48,388 nt of DNA, taken from assembly GCF_001194135.2 (NCBI RefSeq), contig NC_068981.1:147533353-147581740 (forward strand). Direction: 5' to 3'. The translations under genes and the position numbers were made by a program. The notes under the pieces were generated by a model, which worked only from the letters and a program-made list of their open reading frames with translations, had not been told where the DNA came from and did no database searches. Of the stretch, positions 1 to 13,632 are shown in pieces. Source of the stretch: Octopus bimaculoides. Its lineage: Eukaryota. Positions within the stretch are counted from its first letter, which is position 1. The number at the start of each line of letters is the position of its first letter.

Positions 1-59
<59 letters not shown>

Positions 60-125
60 GTATATATAGATATACATATATTTATATATATATCTGTCTG
101 TATATATATAAATATATACATTTTT
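1..125. repeat. (TG)n(TA)n compound microsatellite; representative of many simple repeats
   Basis: Read directly. Others are at about 1208-1280, 1328-1380, 1625-1710, 5320-5367, 8235-8322, 14749-14860, 15235-15306, 16125-16160 (CT), 26850-26888, 27100-27150, 33346-33385 and 42315-42428. Confidence 0.95.
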
Positions 126-1328
126 TATATCCAAACATTCTCATGAGATTTTGGAATTGTGAGAGATTTCAACCAGATTAAATGTGAATGGTCATGCAAG
201 AAAAATATATAAAATTGACAAATGTGAAAGAGAAAATTTTTAGAATCTGTATAGTTATATTGGTCTGTATTTTGAAGCTTGATATATACGTATGCATATG
301 TATATGTATATATACAAAAAAAATTATATACATATATAATTATATTTGTATGATATGATCTTCCTGAATTTATCTGTACTTCTTTTTTCATGATATGAGA
401 TTTTTTTTAAATAGATGGTAACTACAAAAGTATGTATATATGCGATTTAATATTAAAAAATATATCTAAAAAATATTCTTTATAGATATTTGTTGTTTGA
501 TCTTGGCACATGTTTTATATGAGGCTCATCTCATTTCAAACACAGAACATAATCAACCATTATACTATTATTCCACTTCGTCTTGGTATCTCTCCTCCAT
601 TTGCATAATAATGGTAACCCTGTGAAAACATTGCTTTGCTTTTACTTGCTCTGCATTCTGCTTCTCAGTTTTCTAGAAAATAATAAAGATGGTCATGTAC
701 AAAGTGTTTTTTTACTTGTCTGTGATATCTAATCTTGCTTTTAATTGCAATCTGGGACTTTTACACATCGAAACATTTTCAAGTAACATTTAAATACTTG
801 CCAAGCATATTGTTCTGAGAACTTCATTGCTTCTCTAATTTTGCTCAATGAAAAATGCCAACTTTTAATTCTACATTAATTACATGTATAGCCACACCAC
901 TTATTGTTCAATTCCCTTCTATCTTTGATTTGTTGAGGCAAATTTTCTATGGCCAGTTGCTCTTCCTGTTGCCTACTCTCTCATGTGTTCAAGTAAGACT
1001 AAATTTCTCTATTAGCAGACATCTTTTCATGAAGGATTGGAAACAAAGGACATTGCTTGCATGCTGGTTACATTTGTTTACAACTATCAACCAATGTGCA
1101 GGCAAGGAGGCAGCACCCCTCCCACGCTTATATATATATATAGTCAAATCAGTCAAATCGTCCAACCCATGCTAGCATGGAAAGCGGACGTTAAACGATG
1201 ATGATGATATATATATACTTTATATATATACATATATATATACATACATATATATATATATATATTCATACATATATGTGAAACCAATGGTCAGTCTATG
1301 AGTGGCTATAACAATTAACTTCACAAAA

Positions 1329-1377
<49 letters not shown>

Positions 1378-1623
1378 GCAGTAATTTCTCGCTATATCAT
1401 GGTTCACCCATTGTGTACTTAGTACACTGCGGTTCATGTACCATGCACTCAATACACTGCGTATTTTTCTGGCTAATATATGTAAATTCATATCATGGAC
1501 TCCTCAGTACATCCAGGTTTCTCCGGCTGATAGGTAATTACATTTTTCTAGATTTTAATTATTTCTGTGGTAAGTTTTGGAATGTAACACCCGCAATAGT
1601 TGAGGGATTACTGTATGGATTAC

Positions 1624-1714
<91 letters not shown>

Positions 1715-3647
1715 GTTATCCTCAGATCAGAGGCATAGATAGAATGCTTACAGCAAAGTACACTCTACTAAAAAGGCAGCCAAGATTCAGGCAGGGAACC
1801 TAAAGTGGACTACAGATTAAGTCTATCAATTTATATTAATATTAATCATTACATCATCATTTAACGTCCACCTTCCAGGCTAGCATGGGTGGGACGGTTT
1901 CACAAGAGTTGGCCAGGTAGAAGCCTGTATCAGATTTCTGTAGCAGTTTTGGCAGGATTTTTACAGCTGAATGCCCCTCCTAACACTAACCACTAGAGTG
2001 GTTGGTGTTAGGAACTAAATTTACAACTAAATGTAAATGTTTGAACACAAGAGAACAAGTATATATATATATGCATGGACCTATATTTATCTACTCATTA
2101 ACATGTTTAGAGATGACCTACAAACCTAATAAACACCAAAATTATTTGGGCTAAATGAAAACTAGCTTTGAAAGTCTTTTCCCAGATACTTCTAAGTAAA
2201 TTCAAAATGACTTATCTACATTGAATGCAGGCTAGACTTTTGAATTACAAAAGTGGAAAATACATTTACAAAATACTAAACTTTTTCTTTTCTAATTCTC
2301 TGATCAAAAATCAATATTTAAATTCTACATTACTTGGGAAATAGATTTTCTAAAACGAGAAATAAAATTAGAAAAAAATATAAATGTTTTCATTTCCCTC
2401 AAACTCAGTTTTGTTCACAAATTAGAACAGGCTAAAGAAATTTTTTTTTTTTTTTTACAACGATGGTGTTTTAAATGTAGTTTTCTCAAAAGACAAAAAA
2501 ATTAAGGCTACAGGAGTAAATGAGAAATGGAGTTATTTTTCTAAAAAACATTTTATAAATACACACACACACACACACACACACACATAAATTCACACAT
2601 ACAGTGGGCACTGTAGGATATGTTCTTCATCAGCTTTTGTTTAGAAATCACTACAATTTTAATACATTTTGAGAGAACATTTTCTAGTGGCTCCAAACAA
2701 ATTTTTGCAAACAGGGAATATTCAACTTCTTGTAGCACATTATAGTATGTTTTATTTTTAATACCTTTGTTTGAAGCTGAAGATTCACTCTAGCATTATT
2801 TCAATTTTTTCACTTTTGAGCATTTGCTTAGGCACAAAAGTGAGAACCTTGGAGTAGTGATAGAATGAATTATCAGCTTCAAACAAATAAATTTCATATA
2901 TCGAGTCCTTTTTCTCCTGTGTAACCATCCAGAAATATATGTATATATTATGTATGTATGTGTCTACATATACACATTTATAATTACTATCATGCAAATA
3001 GTGTCATTCGTTTGTAATTCTGTATGAAAATCTGTCTGGCAAATTGGATTGTCTATTTGAAAGACAAGGGGAAATATTATCTTTCTCAGAAACAGATGAG
3101 AGTTGGCAACAGGAAGAGCATCCACCCATAAAACATTCTGCCTCAGCAAGTGTTGTCTGACCAGTACAAGCATGGAATAGTGGATATTAAAATGATGATG
3201 ATGATATATGTATATTTATATACCCAATAAGATTTGCATTTGAATGTCTAGTGTTGTTGTTTTCTCTTTATATACATCTATTTAGCTACATTCATTTAAA
3301 ATGACTGGCTAGTTAGACTAATCAGTACGTATAAATATTTTACATAAATAGCAAGTCAGATGCTTACAACTTGGATAAAATGAAATGAAGATGTTACTTA
3401 TTATTTCAGTAACATAGCTCAAGAGCTGCAGTAATTTCATTTCTCTTCTAAATGATATGAAAATATTCAGTCAGGAGTATGAGTTGATTAATAAGCTCTC
3501 GTTGAGTAGACTTTAATAGAAAAAGATGATTAATGAAACCTATAGGAGTGACTGGGAAGAAGTTAGTGTTACTTTTTTCATGCAGAGAACATTAAATATG
3601 CTTACTAGAAATAATTACACAGTGAGATATATATATATATATTTTAA

Positions 3648-4900
3648 CATCATCATCGTTTAATGTCTTTTTTCATGCTGGCATGGGTTGGATGGTTTGA
3701 CTGAGATCTGGAGAGCCAGTGGCTGCACCAAGCTCCAATCTGATCTGGCAGTGTTTCTACAGCTGGATGCCCTTCCTGACGCCATCCACTCTGAGAGTGT
3801 TGTGGATGCTTTTTACGTGCCACTGGCACAGGAGCCAGTCAGGTGGGCCAGGCATCAATCACGTTTGGATAGTGCTTTTTATGGGCCACTGGCATGGGAG
3901 TCAGTCAGAGGGTACTGGCATCAGCCACGTTTGGATGGTGTGTTTTACATGCCACTGGCATGAGAGTTAGTCAGGGAGAACTAGCATTGGTCATGTTCAG
4001 ATGGTGCTTTTTACATGCCACCAGCATGGGAGCCAGTCAGGGGGCAGCTATGATATTGGTTTTACTTGACTCAACAGGTCTTCTCAAGTATATCATATCA
4101 CCTCATGCATCAGGGGTACTCTTAACTGGGCCAGACATGTGTAGTTGCGATCTCACTTTAGTTGCCAGGTCTTCTCAATCACAGCATATCTCCAAAGGTC
4201 TAGGTCGCCTGTCATTGCCTCTGTGAGGCCCAATATTCAAAGGTCATGCTTCACCACCTCATCCCATGTCTCTCTGGGTCTACCTCTTCCACAGATTCCT
4301 TCCAGTTAGGGAGTGGCACTTTTTCACACAGCTGTCCTCATCTATACGTAACACACGACCATACCAGTGCAGTCATCTCTCTTGCACACTACATTTGATG
4401 CTTCTTATGCCCAACTTTTCTCTCAGGGTGCTTACACTCTGTCTTGTATGCACACTGACATTACACATTCAGCGGAGAATACTTGCTTCATTTCTTTCAA
4501 GCCTACGCATGTCCTCAGCAGTCATGGCTCATGTTTGACTGCTGTGTAGCATGGCAGTTTGCACACATGCATCATACAGTCTACCTTTGATCCTGAGCGA
4601 GAGGCCCTTAGATGCCAGCAGAGGTAGGAGCTTCCTGAACTTTGCCCAGGCTATTCTTATTCTAGCCACTACAACCACCCCCACTACAGACTTGGTCGCC
4701 TAGGTAGCGGAAGCTAGTAACTACCTGTAGTTTTTCCCCCTGACATGTGATGGAATCTGTTTTCTGTACATCTTCAGTGTTTATTGCCCCAGTGCATCTG
4801 CCATACACAAAAACTATTTTCCCGGTTAACCTTCCTTTGATATTGCTGCACCTTTTATGTGTCTATAGCTTACACCATATCGAGTTTCTACCCATGCCTG
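3648..4900 (-). mobile_element. RTE-clade LINE, 5'-truncated (RT C-terminus, 3' UTR and (GAT)n tail)
   Basis: The minus strand encodes VVTSFRYLGDQV...AWAKFR...KGLSLRIKGRLYDACVQTAMLHSSQT*AMTAEDMRRLERNEASILR*MCNVSV...LREKLGIRSIKCSVQER*LHWYGRVLRIDEDSCVKKC, which is typical of the RTE RT C-terminal region. It ends in ...TAAACGATGATGATG at 3648. Confidence 0.85.
3807..4045. repeat. 66-bp tandem repeat (about 3.6 copies) in the RTE 3' UTR
   Basis: Units begin at 3807, 3873, 3939 and 4005 (TG(C/T)TTTT...GCCACTGGCA...AGTCAG...GCAT...CA(C/T)GTT...GAT(A/G)G). Confidence 0.8.
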
Positions 4901-5318
4901 TTCTACAGATTGAGCAAGGCTATCTACCTGAAGGGGATTGTGGTTTGACAGCCTTCCTACTTACTAAGACTTTGGTTTTTGCTAGGTTGTGTGTGTGTGT
5001 ATGTGTGTGTATATATATATGTATATATGCATACATATATCCAAATTGAGGGAGTGGAACAGGCAAAATCCAGGCTACATATGTTTCCTTGCTAGCAAAT
5101 CCTCTGATACAATAATTACTCAACAAGGGGTACTCAGCCAGGCTGAAGATAGCTTAACTATATGAAGGTTACATTGTCGTTTGGGAATCCCAAGTTACAA
5201 CATTTAACGTCAAGTTATTGTTCCTGAATGTTGTTTTTATATACCTACCACAGACTGCTTGAAGCTTACAAACTTTCTATGCTCAGATCCTCAGATCTTA
5301 CAATTGCACATATACACG

Positions 5319-5370
<52 letters not shown>

Positions 5371-8236
5371 TTATTAGTTAATGACTAATAATTTTATTTT
5401 TCTTGTAAGTGGGAGAAAGAACTCTGGATATATTTTGGTTTTATTCTGATCTCATCAGATATGCATAGCATTCAAAATCAAACCCAGAACATTAGTCTAA
5501 ATAAAATATTTCTATAGCTACAGTTTTGTAAATAAAGAAATGAATGAGTGGATAAAGCATAGAGATTTATATCACATTGAGAATTTTATGGGTAAGACAT
5601 TTTTTCTATGTGTCAGTCTATTTAACTAAGAAATAAGTACCAGACATTTGTAGGAAAGTCAACTTAGATAAATAAGCATTCTATCCAATGAAATAATCAT
5701 CTCAGCTGCTAAACAATCAGATAAGCACCAACCTGATATTTCTATGTGATTCATGGCTATTGGCCAATGCAGGCTTGTTACTTGTTTCCTTAGATTTACT
5801 TCAATATTTTCTAGTATATAATACTTCACACAATATTCAGATTTGAGGAGAAAATTTAGTAGCAACTGAGAAAGCATCTACATAGCCTAGCGTTCCTGCC
5901 ATGATCTTTCCATTTTTCCGCACCCAAATTGTAAAACCTGGATTACACTTAATATGCCTTTTTTAAGACAGTAGAGAGATCTGGTTGCTATTTCTAGCAT
6001 ATCAAGAGACCACAAAGAAGATCCTTCATTCACTTGTAGTGGTAATAGTATATACAAGAACACCACCAATTTTCTAGTATTTTTGGTTTCAAAGCCTTCA
6101 ATGATTAACCACTTGCTGGACCATCCACGGTCTCATAAGAATAAATTGTCAACTGTAACTCACTAATTATATCACACAACTTACAAACTGAAACACCATG
6201 GTCCATTTTCTTTAAAAAGTTCTGCTTAAAAGTTGATATAGATTAGTGTTTATTTTTGACACTACCACTGATGCTCTCAGTTCTCTTACCTGTAGTAGCC
6301 ATAGCTAAGCTAAATAAGCAGAGCATCTCTCAAAATTTTGGCATCACTAATAACAAGTGCAGTGTAAGTAATGTGTGTAAACACGTGGTATACACAACAC
6401 TACCTAACATCCTGCAGTGAACTAGACTAGTGGTCATGAGAATATCAAGTCCCCACCTTGTAATTTTTCCAGATTAAAGGAAGTGCCAGACCATCAGTTG
6501 CTGTAAAATCAGTAGTGTACCTATATAGGTCTCTTTAGCAGCTCTTGCAATATATTCTTATGGAGTTACTTTAGTAGTAGAAATATTGGAGCAAATACCT
6601 AATGGCTCTTTATGATATGAATTCAAATCCTACCATAGTTAACTGACTGCCTTTCATATTTTTCTCGGGACTGACAAAATAAGTGATAGTCTAGTACTGG
6701 GGTTGAGTTAATGGATTGTGGCTTTGCTCATCTCAGTATTGTAGTCTTGAGAGTACTTGGTGACCTCACCAGTGCTGGTACCATGAAAAAGCACCCAGTA
6801 TACCCTGAAGTGGTTGGCATAAGGAAGCACATCCAACTGTAGTAACCATGCCAAAGCAGAAATTGGAGCTCAGCACAGCCCTCTGGTTCATCAATTCACA
6901 CCAAACTGTCCAGCCCATACCAGCATAAGAAAAGGGACATTAAATGATGATAATAATGATAACTAAAATTATGAGAGTGGTGAATTGGCAGAACCATTAG
7001 ATTGTCAGACAAAATGCTTTGCAGTATTTGTTCTGGCTCCATACATTCTGAGTTCAAATCCAGCTGGGATCAACTTTGCTTTTCATCCTTTTGCAGTCAA
7101 TCGAAGCCAAGTACAACAGTAGATGGTAATGACTAAACCTCTCCCCTAAATTTCTAACCTTGCACCTATGTTAGAAAAGGCTGTGAATTGGCAGAACTGT
7201 TAGAGCACCAGTCAAAATGCCTTGTGATATTTGTTCTAGTCTCCTATGTCCTGGATTCAAATCTCACCAAAGCCAACTTTGCATTTTATCACTTTGGAGG
7301 TCAATACAATAAAGTACCAGTCAAATATTGGGAGTGGTGGCATGAATTAACACCACTCAAAAATTACTGGCATTGTGTTTAAATCAAAAACCATTATATT
7401 TGTTGTCTAGGGAGAGTCACTGTGTCAATATCAATAACACACAGACACTGGTTCAATTCCACTCCTTTATTATTTTTGTTATTTTTACAGTTGTGTTAGG
7501 AAAAGAAAAGTAACAATATTTTAACCTATATAGGTGGAGTTCTATAAAGTTATGAACATTCTTAAAAGAATTAACATTAGCGCATTTTTCGGTATACAAG
7601 CTTAATTTTTCAGACCAAAATTTACAGCAAAACAATATAGGTTGACCTATATACCAAAGCAACCGTAGAACCAAAGATTCCATGTGAAATGCAGCAGGAT
7701 TTGGAAAGAGTGACACTGTTTGAATGTTTATGCTACATGTTTACATGATACACTACATTGACTTGTATGCCAGAAAATATGACATACAGTTTATTGATTT
7801 GGAAGTGAGCTCAAATGTTGACTAGGTGAACTATCAAGACTCATAAATAGCTCAATGCTATCACAAGATACAGAGAAATATGATCAGTCACCATCGTTTT
7901 TTTTTTTTTTTGTTAACGTATATCAGAAGCTTGTCACCATATTAGGTCCATGTGTACCACTACACTAATTTCCCAGCTGTAATTGTATCGAGTGAGTGGT
8001 GACATCATGTTTACAAAAAAATATGTAAACTGATCAAACATTTCACAGCTGGATGTTCTCCATACTGTATACTAAAGTATGTTGAGAGGAAGATATGTGA
8101 ATTATTGCAACACAATTAATATAACTGACGGTAATTACACACACACACAGGCACACAGAGTAGATGTTACACAGTAGGGATTTAATCTGAAACTATATGG
8201 TTGCATAGAACTCGATGACACAGTTGTACCTATATA

Positions 8237-8316
<80 letters not shown>

Positions 8317-11300
8317 TATATGTGCATTCATTTAATGTCTGTTTTTCAAGTAAAGCATTTTCTACATCCAGATACCCTTCCTGTCACCAATCCACACCTG
8401 TTTCTGAGCGAGGTAATATTTTCCTCATAGCTAGGCGTTTCTCATAGAAAACTGGAATTAAACAACCTTACTTGTAGGATAACGGTGCTCATTTACAACC
8501 ATCTAGACAGGGACACACACAACAAGCTTCTTTCAGTTTCTGCCTCCCCAATCTACTAACAAGTCTTTGGTTGGCCCACAGCTACAGTGGAAGACATTTG
8601 GCCAAGGTGCCACACAGTTGGACTGAACCTAAGACCACATGATTGGGAACCAAACCTGTGCCTACACATGTGCACGCACGCACATGCACACACAGGCTCA
8701 CTACCATGCTTCTGCCTATAACCAATAGATCTTATGATTCTAAGTCTCCATTTATTTCAGTCGTTGCTTAGCCTCATGTCAATCAAGGCCCTATTATTGA
8801 ATACTTTCCCATTGTGATCATACTGTTCTGTCTTAGACAACAATTTCTGTCAAACTGTTATTAGCTATATTAATTTGATGGTTGTTTTTCTTTGAAGACT
8901 GATCTGGAATATAGAAAAAGCTGAAGGTAATATACTGCCCACTAAAACCTATTGGAAGGAGTTAATAGCAGAAACCGAAATAAGAAATATGAAAATATAG
9001 AGAAAAAAACAAATAGATTGGAAGTTATAGAGAAAAGATGACAGGAGAAACAAAAATATATAAGATAAAGCTATATAATTAAAATAAAATAGTACTAAAA
9101 TAAGACAAAAGAAAGTTGACTATATAACCTAAGATCTTGTATAAACAACACGGAGGCTCCTCACAATATTATTTCATCAAACTTCTGACAACAAAATTTC
9201 CTAGTAATCAACAAACACTTCATTTCATGTCTTTTGTAATTTTTGCACACATTTCAAGATAACCCACTGTGAAATATAATGATTAGATTCCAACTTGTAG
9301 TAGCAGCAGTAATACTAGTAGTAGTAGAAAGCACTGATTCTCATCAATTTTACCTAAATAACAAAGTTTCTTTACTAAAGGTAATGTAAATGAAAAAAAA
9401 AATCCTGTTTTATGTTAGCATACATGCACATTCACTTACATCTTATTTACAGTTTACATTATATAAAATGTCCAGAATATAAGATGACTAATAGTAAATA
9501 TTTCCCTGCAGCACAGTTGATACCAATTAAAGTAGCAAATAGCAACCTTAACTACAATGATAGTATGATGGAAAAATTACCAACAGCAAAGTGAGTGTGT
9601 GTGTGTGTGTTTGCAACCATATGCAAAACATTGAGATATATCATTAAGCTGTTCCCTCAAGTGTTATCAAAACATACTCTAGTGTCCTACCTTTACATAG
9701 CAGTCTATTGCCTATGAAGAATGCCTGATGTGGAAATAAAATATCCATACCAAATTAAGCAACATAAATTCATTGCTACATCAAACCAAATATTCCAACA
9801 AAATGCCCAAAGTATTTTGGTGATACTCAAAAGAAATACTGTAGAAGGTGGGGAGTTGATTCAATCAATTTTAAAAATTAATTAAAAATGAAAAGTGAAA
9901 AATAATAAATAAATTTTTTAAAAATTCTAATTCTAGTAGTTTTGAATTAATGATTGTCTAGGGATTTTTGGTCTAGTTAATTTATATGAAAATATCAAAA
10001 TGTAATAAAATATATTTTATTTAACTGTTAGTTTTAACAGGTACAAAATACATAAAAGTTGAAAGAAAATTTTATTTTAAAAAAGCAATTTGCTTAATTC
10101 AAACAAGAATATTCCTTTTTTAAAAACAAAACTAAGAAATAAATTCTGCCAAGCAAAGAAAATAATGTAAAATGGATTTAAAAAATAGATACATTTAACA
10201 AAAGTGATAGTTATACTAGTTATTTAACAACCAAATTTAAATGCCCAAGTTTTCTCTGAAAAAGAAAGTAAAAATAAAAAATATTAATATTCATAGATTT
10301 CGAAATCAAATCCATAAGAGGCATAAGATGTGTATGGAATTTCTATTGTCTATATCCATATAAAGACCAGGACACTTCACTCTAGGCAAATAACCAAGTT
10401 GAATGAACCACTTGCATAATATCAAAACTGCAAAGTTCAATGGAGTCCCTTTTTCAATTATCAGAGTAGTTATCTAACATATTGAATCAACATGGAAATG
10501 CTGAGAAAATATTACAAGAATACAAATAAAATATCTTCTTGATAATTTAGTGACAAAAAAAAAATTTTGAAATTTTTTTTTTTTTTTCCAATGGTGAATT
10601 ATAAAAAAAAAATGCTTGAAATTCAGCAATTTGACAATATCTGAAGAGAAACTCATTTTAGTTTTCTAACTACATTCATTATATTAAACCATCTGAAAAC
10701 TATTCTTTTACAGCCAATTCATTATTTTTTCTACTTAATAATTTTGATACTAATCTACAATGAAGCTGCCTTTGGTTCTATAATACAAATTCCCCATTTA
10801 CAGTGATTCAAAACCTTCCATAAAAATTTCCTGCTAATTTATATTCAAAACATAAGCTTAATAATCACAAAATCATATTAATAAATCCTTCGCTATTTTC
10901 AAAATTGATTGAAACAAAAGCCGTATATTTCAATATAAATATCACAACGAAAGGGTTAAAAACAACTTTTCCCCTGATTCAAGTGCTATATCAATGTAGC
11001 TAATAGAAATAGTATTGTTTGCTTATTCCAGACAAGTTTAATTATTTAAAGTGCCAGTCTGAAATAAAGTGTAGCTGTTTGTTTTAAAATGTTTGTTTGA
11101 AAACCTCATCAATTTCAAATTCTATTGATTTGATTACTTCCCATCTTATTCACATGGGCAGTAAACAGCGGATATGGAATGAGTTTGAGTAACATTAAAA
11201 TAACAGTGCTGGCCTTACTTCAGATCTTGTGTTAGAGAGGAAATTGTACAAAATTTACAATTTAATGGTCACAACAAATAAATAAATTTAATTATTTTTT

Positions 11301-12882
11301 CCTCTTTAAAGTTCTGAGAAACCAATATATATCTTTAAAATCAAATCACTTCACAAAAAATAGATTTGGTTTGAGAGGCAGTAAATATTCAATTCATTAA
11401 AATAATCCTTAAATACAGATCAGTGCAGTAAATCAGCGACTAAAATCTCTAAAAGTACTAAAACTTCAAAATTATGACCAAACCACTTATGGATTAGGTA
11501 AGTCTATGGGAATGGTTCATCTTCACTTCTCATAAAAGTGAAAGTAGACAATTCCATTTGATAAAATGAAACAAATCCAGGGAAATTAGTAAACTTCTAC
11601 ATTAAAAAATAATTTATGCAAAAACTTTACAAAGTGAAATTAATTTTGCCACAAAGAAGGTGGGAAAAAAAAATCAAGTGTTTACTGATATAAAATATTA
11701 ATATTGTTATGAGTAAACATTGCATCTTCCTCTGACAAAAGAACCTTAAACAATGCTTTTTCCTTACAGTAGAAAAAAGAACAAAAATTTCTCATTGCAA
11801 AATGCTTTTGTTAGTTTTTCCATGAAGCCTCATCTTCATATCAAATAACTTCATCTATTTCCAGAAAGCCATATGCTTCCAACTTGTATCATTTTTTCAT
11901 GTCTACACCAATACAGTTAGTTATCTGCCTTGGATGTACAAACCAACATTTCTAATTTCCATTACTTTTGAACTTACATTTGCCTTTAGTTGGTCTTTCA
12001 ATATCACACCACACAACAAAAGATGAATGATTTCATACCCTCACATTCCATGTTTAGATTTAGTATTGAACTTTCATTCTGTTGCAATCATTTGGACTAA
12101 GTCCTTCTGGTTCCCTGCCTGTGTACATTGACTATTTTGGCATATACAATCCTTGATACTATCTGGTTATGATTAGACTTGGCATCAACTCTACTGATCT
12201 TATGGGTCTGGGAGGTTCTGCAGAGTTCATGGACTAGACCCTTTCTCCTTTGCTTAACTGCAGAAAAAACAAAAAACAAACAAAAAAAAAAAAAACCTGA
12301 TATGCAGTTTGCAACCTAACTACCATTCAAAGAGATTTTTAAAAAATTCCTCACATTTGCATCAAATTAAATTTTATGATGCCAGTTAAATATTATGCTG
12401 CTCCTCCAGCTAAAGTAACAGATGCTTTGATTCTGAATTAAAATATTGTATAAAAAAATGCTAATTGTTACTCTGAATGACAAAATATTTCTCTCTATGT
12501 AAAATATCTACTACTGCAATAAACGTAGAGTCCACTCAAAGCTTAAGAAGTATAAAACCAAATTCAATAGTAGTCACTATGGAGACTTTATTTGAAAACA
12601 GCTAACTTACCTTTAACAGGAAAGAGAAACACTCAAAATTCCAAAACAAATTATGCTTGGCAAAAACATGATTTAAAAAGAAAGATTTGAATGTTTTGTC
12701 AGAGAAGGTAAAGTATCAATAGAATCATCTTATCAGTTGCATGTCTAGAGTACAAGCATAAGAATGAGATGACTGGGTGCAACTGTTTTGATACTGATGA
12801 TTCAGCAACTTATTGAACATTCAATTTGTTTCAGTGACAGTATATTCTTGGCTCTAGTGTTAAATGCACATGCACACACATG

Positions 12883-13087
12883 ACACAGAAATATACACAT
12901 ACAGATAAACAAAGAGAGCATGAAAGACAGTGAGAAAGAGACATTACACATATATACAAACATAACTAGGTACTCACAGACAAAGAGAGAGAGGCAATGA
13001 AAGAAATATTAAAATGTATGATGTCAAATAAGTCAGCACTTTGAATCAGTGATGCCAAAATAGTTGTGCCAAAATGTCTTATACCCT
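12883..13087 (+). repeat. Dispersed duplicate of about 200 bp; the other copy is at 39119-39302
   Basis: Both copies run ACACAGAAATATA...GAGACATT(A/G)CACATA...AAACATAACTAG...TGTATGATGT...TGTGCCAAAA(T/C)GTCT(T/C)ATACCCT. Confidence 0.7.
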
Positions 13088-13265
13088 ACAGCCATGGATT
13101 GCAGAGATTTATAATGCAGCAGCCTTCTATGTCTTTATGAAATGGTTTTTTTTTTTGTAGAGTCCAATGTTTTAAAATTTGTTATTACTTTGGTTAGTGT
13201 GTCTACTAAAGATGCTTTATATAATTATATATATATTAGCAACGGAGGCAGTATTAATACAAAGA

Positions 13266-13632
13266 GGTAATATTTATCCCCACTTAAGCATAAATGTTCT
13301 GTTAAAACAAACTATACTGCAGTAGATACCATGAGAGAAACTCTCATATTGGCTTTTGGTGCAAAACACAGTCTTGTTTATATTGTTAGTGGGGGAATAA
13401 ATCCTCACCACCTCTAGCGCTGAGACCAGCAGATCACAAGATGATTGAAATCACACGATCTAGTAGTCTCAGTACAAGAGGTAGCAAAGATTTATCCACC
13501 CCCCACCACTAGCAATACAAACAAGAGGGCATTTTGTACCAAGAATCAATATGGGAGGTTCTCTTACAGTAACTACCGCAGTATAGTTTGTTCTAACAGA
13601 ACATCCACACTTATGTGGGGATAAATATTACC
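13266..13632. mobile_element. Old 367-bp foldback (palindromic) DNA element / MITE
   Basis: GGTAATATTTATCCCCAC at 13266 pairs with GTGGGGATAAATATTACC ending at 13632. The arms align along nearly their whole length to a loop of about 20 nt near 13436-13456 and differ mostly by transitions. No TSD is visible. Confidence 0.8.

Noticed and set aside
855-1175. 106-aa plus-strand ORF
   Set aside because: No recognisable motif or splice context, and it ends in an RTE-tail repeat.
1302-1803. ORFs rich in YIYI/VCVC (also at 8215, 14614, 26688, 28246 and 40591)
   Set aside because: These are translations of (TA)n and (TG)n microsatellites.
7520-8140. Possible old DNA-transposon remnant
   Set aside because: Only weak terminal resemblance, with no pair of TIRs or transposase motif that I could support.
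9691-9724. Possible 34-nt minus-strand exon (CAG|...AFFIGNRLLCK...AAG|GTAGGA)
   Set aside because: The splice signals are plausible, but there is no homology or partner exon, and chance occurrence is likely.
12611-12700. Minus-strand donor AAG|GTAAGT at 12611
   Set aside because: The upstream frame is low-complexity (F/L-rich) with no convincing acceptor or homology.
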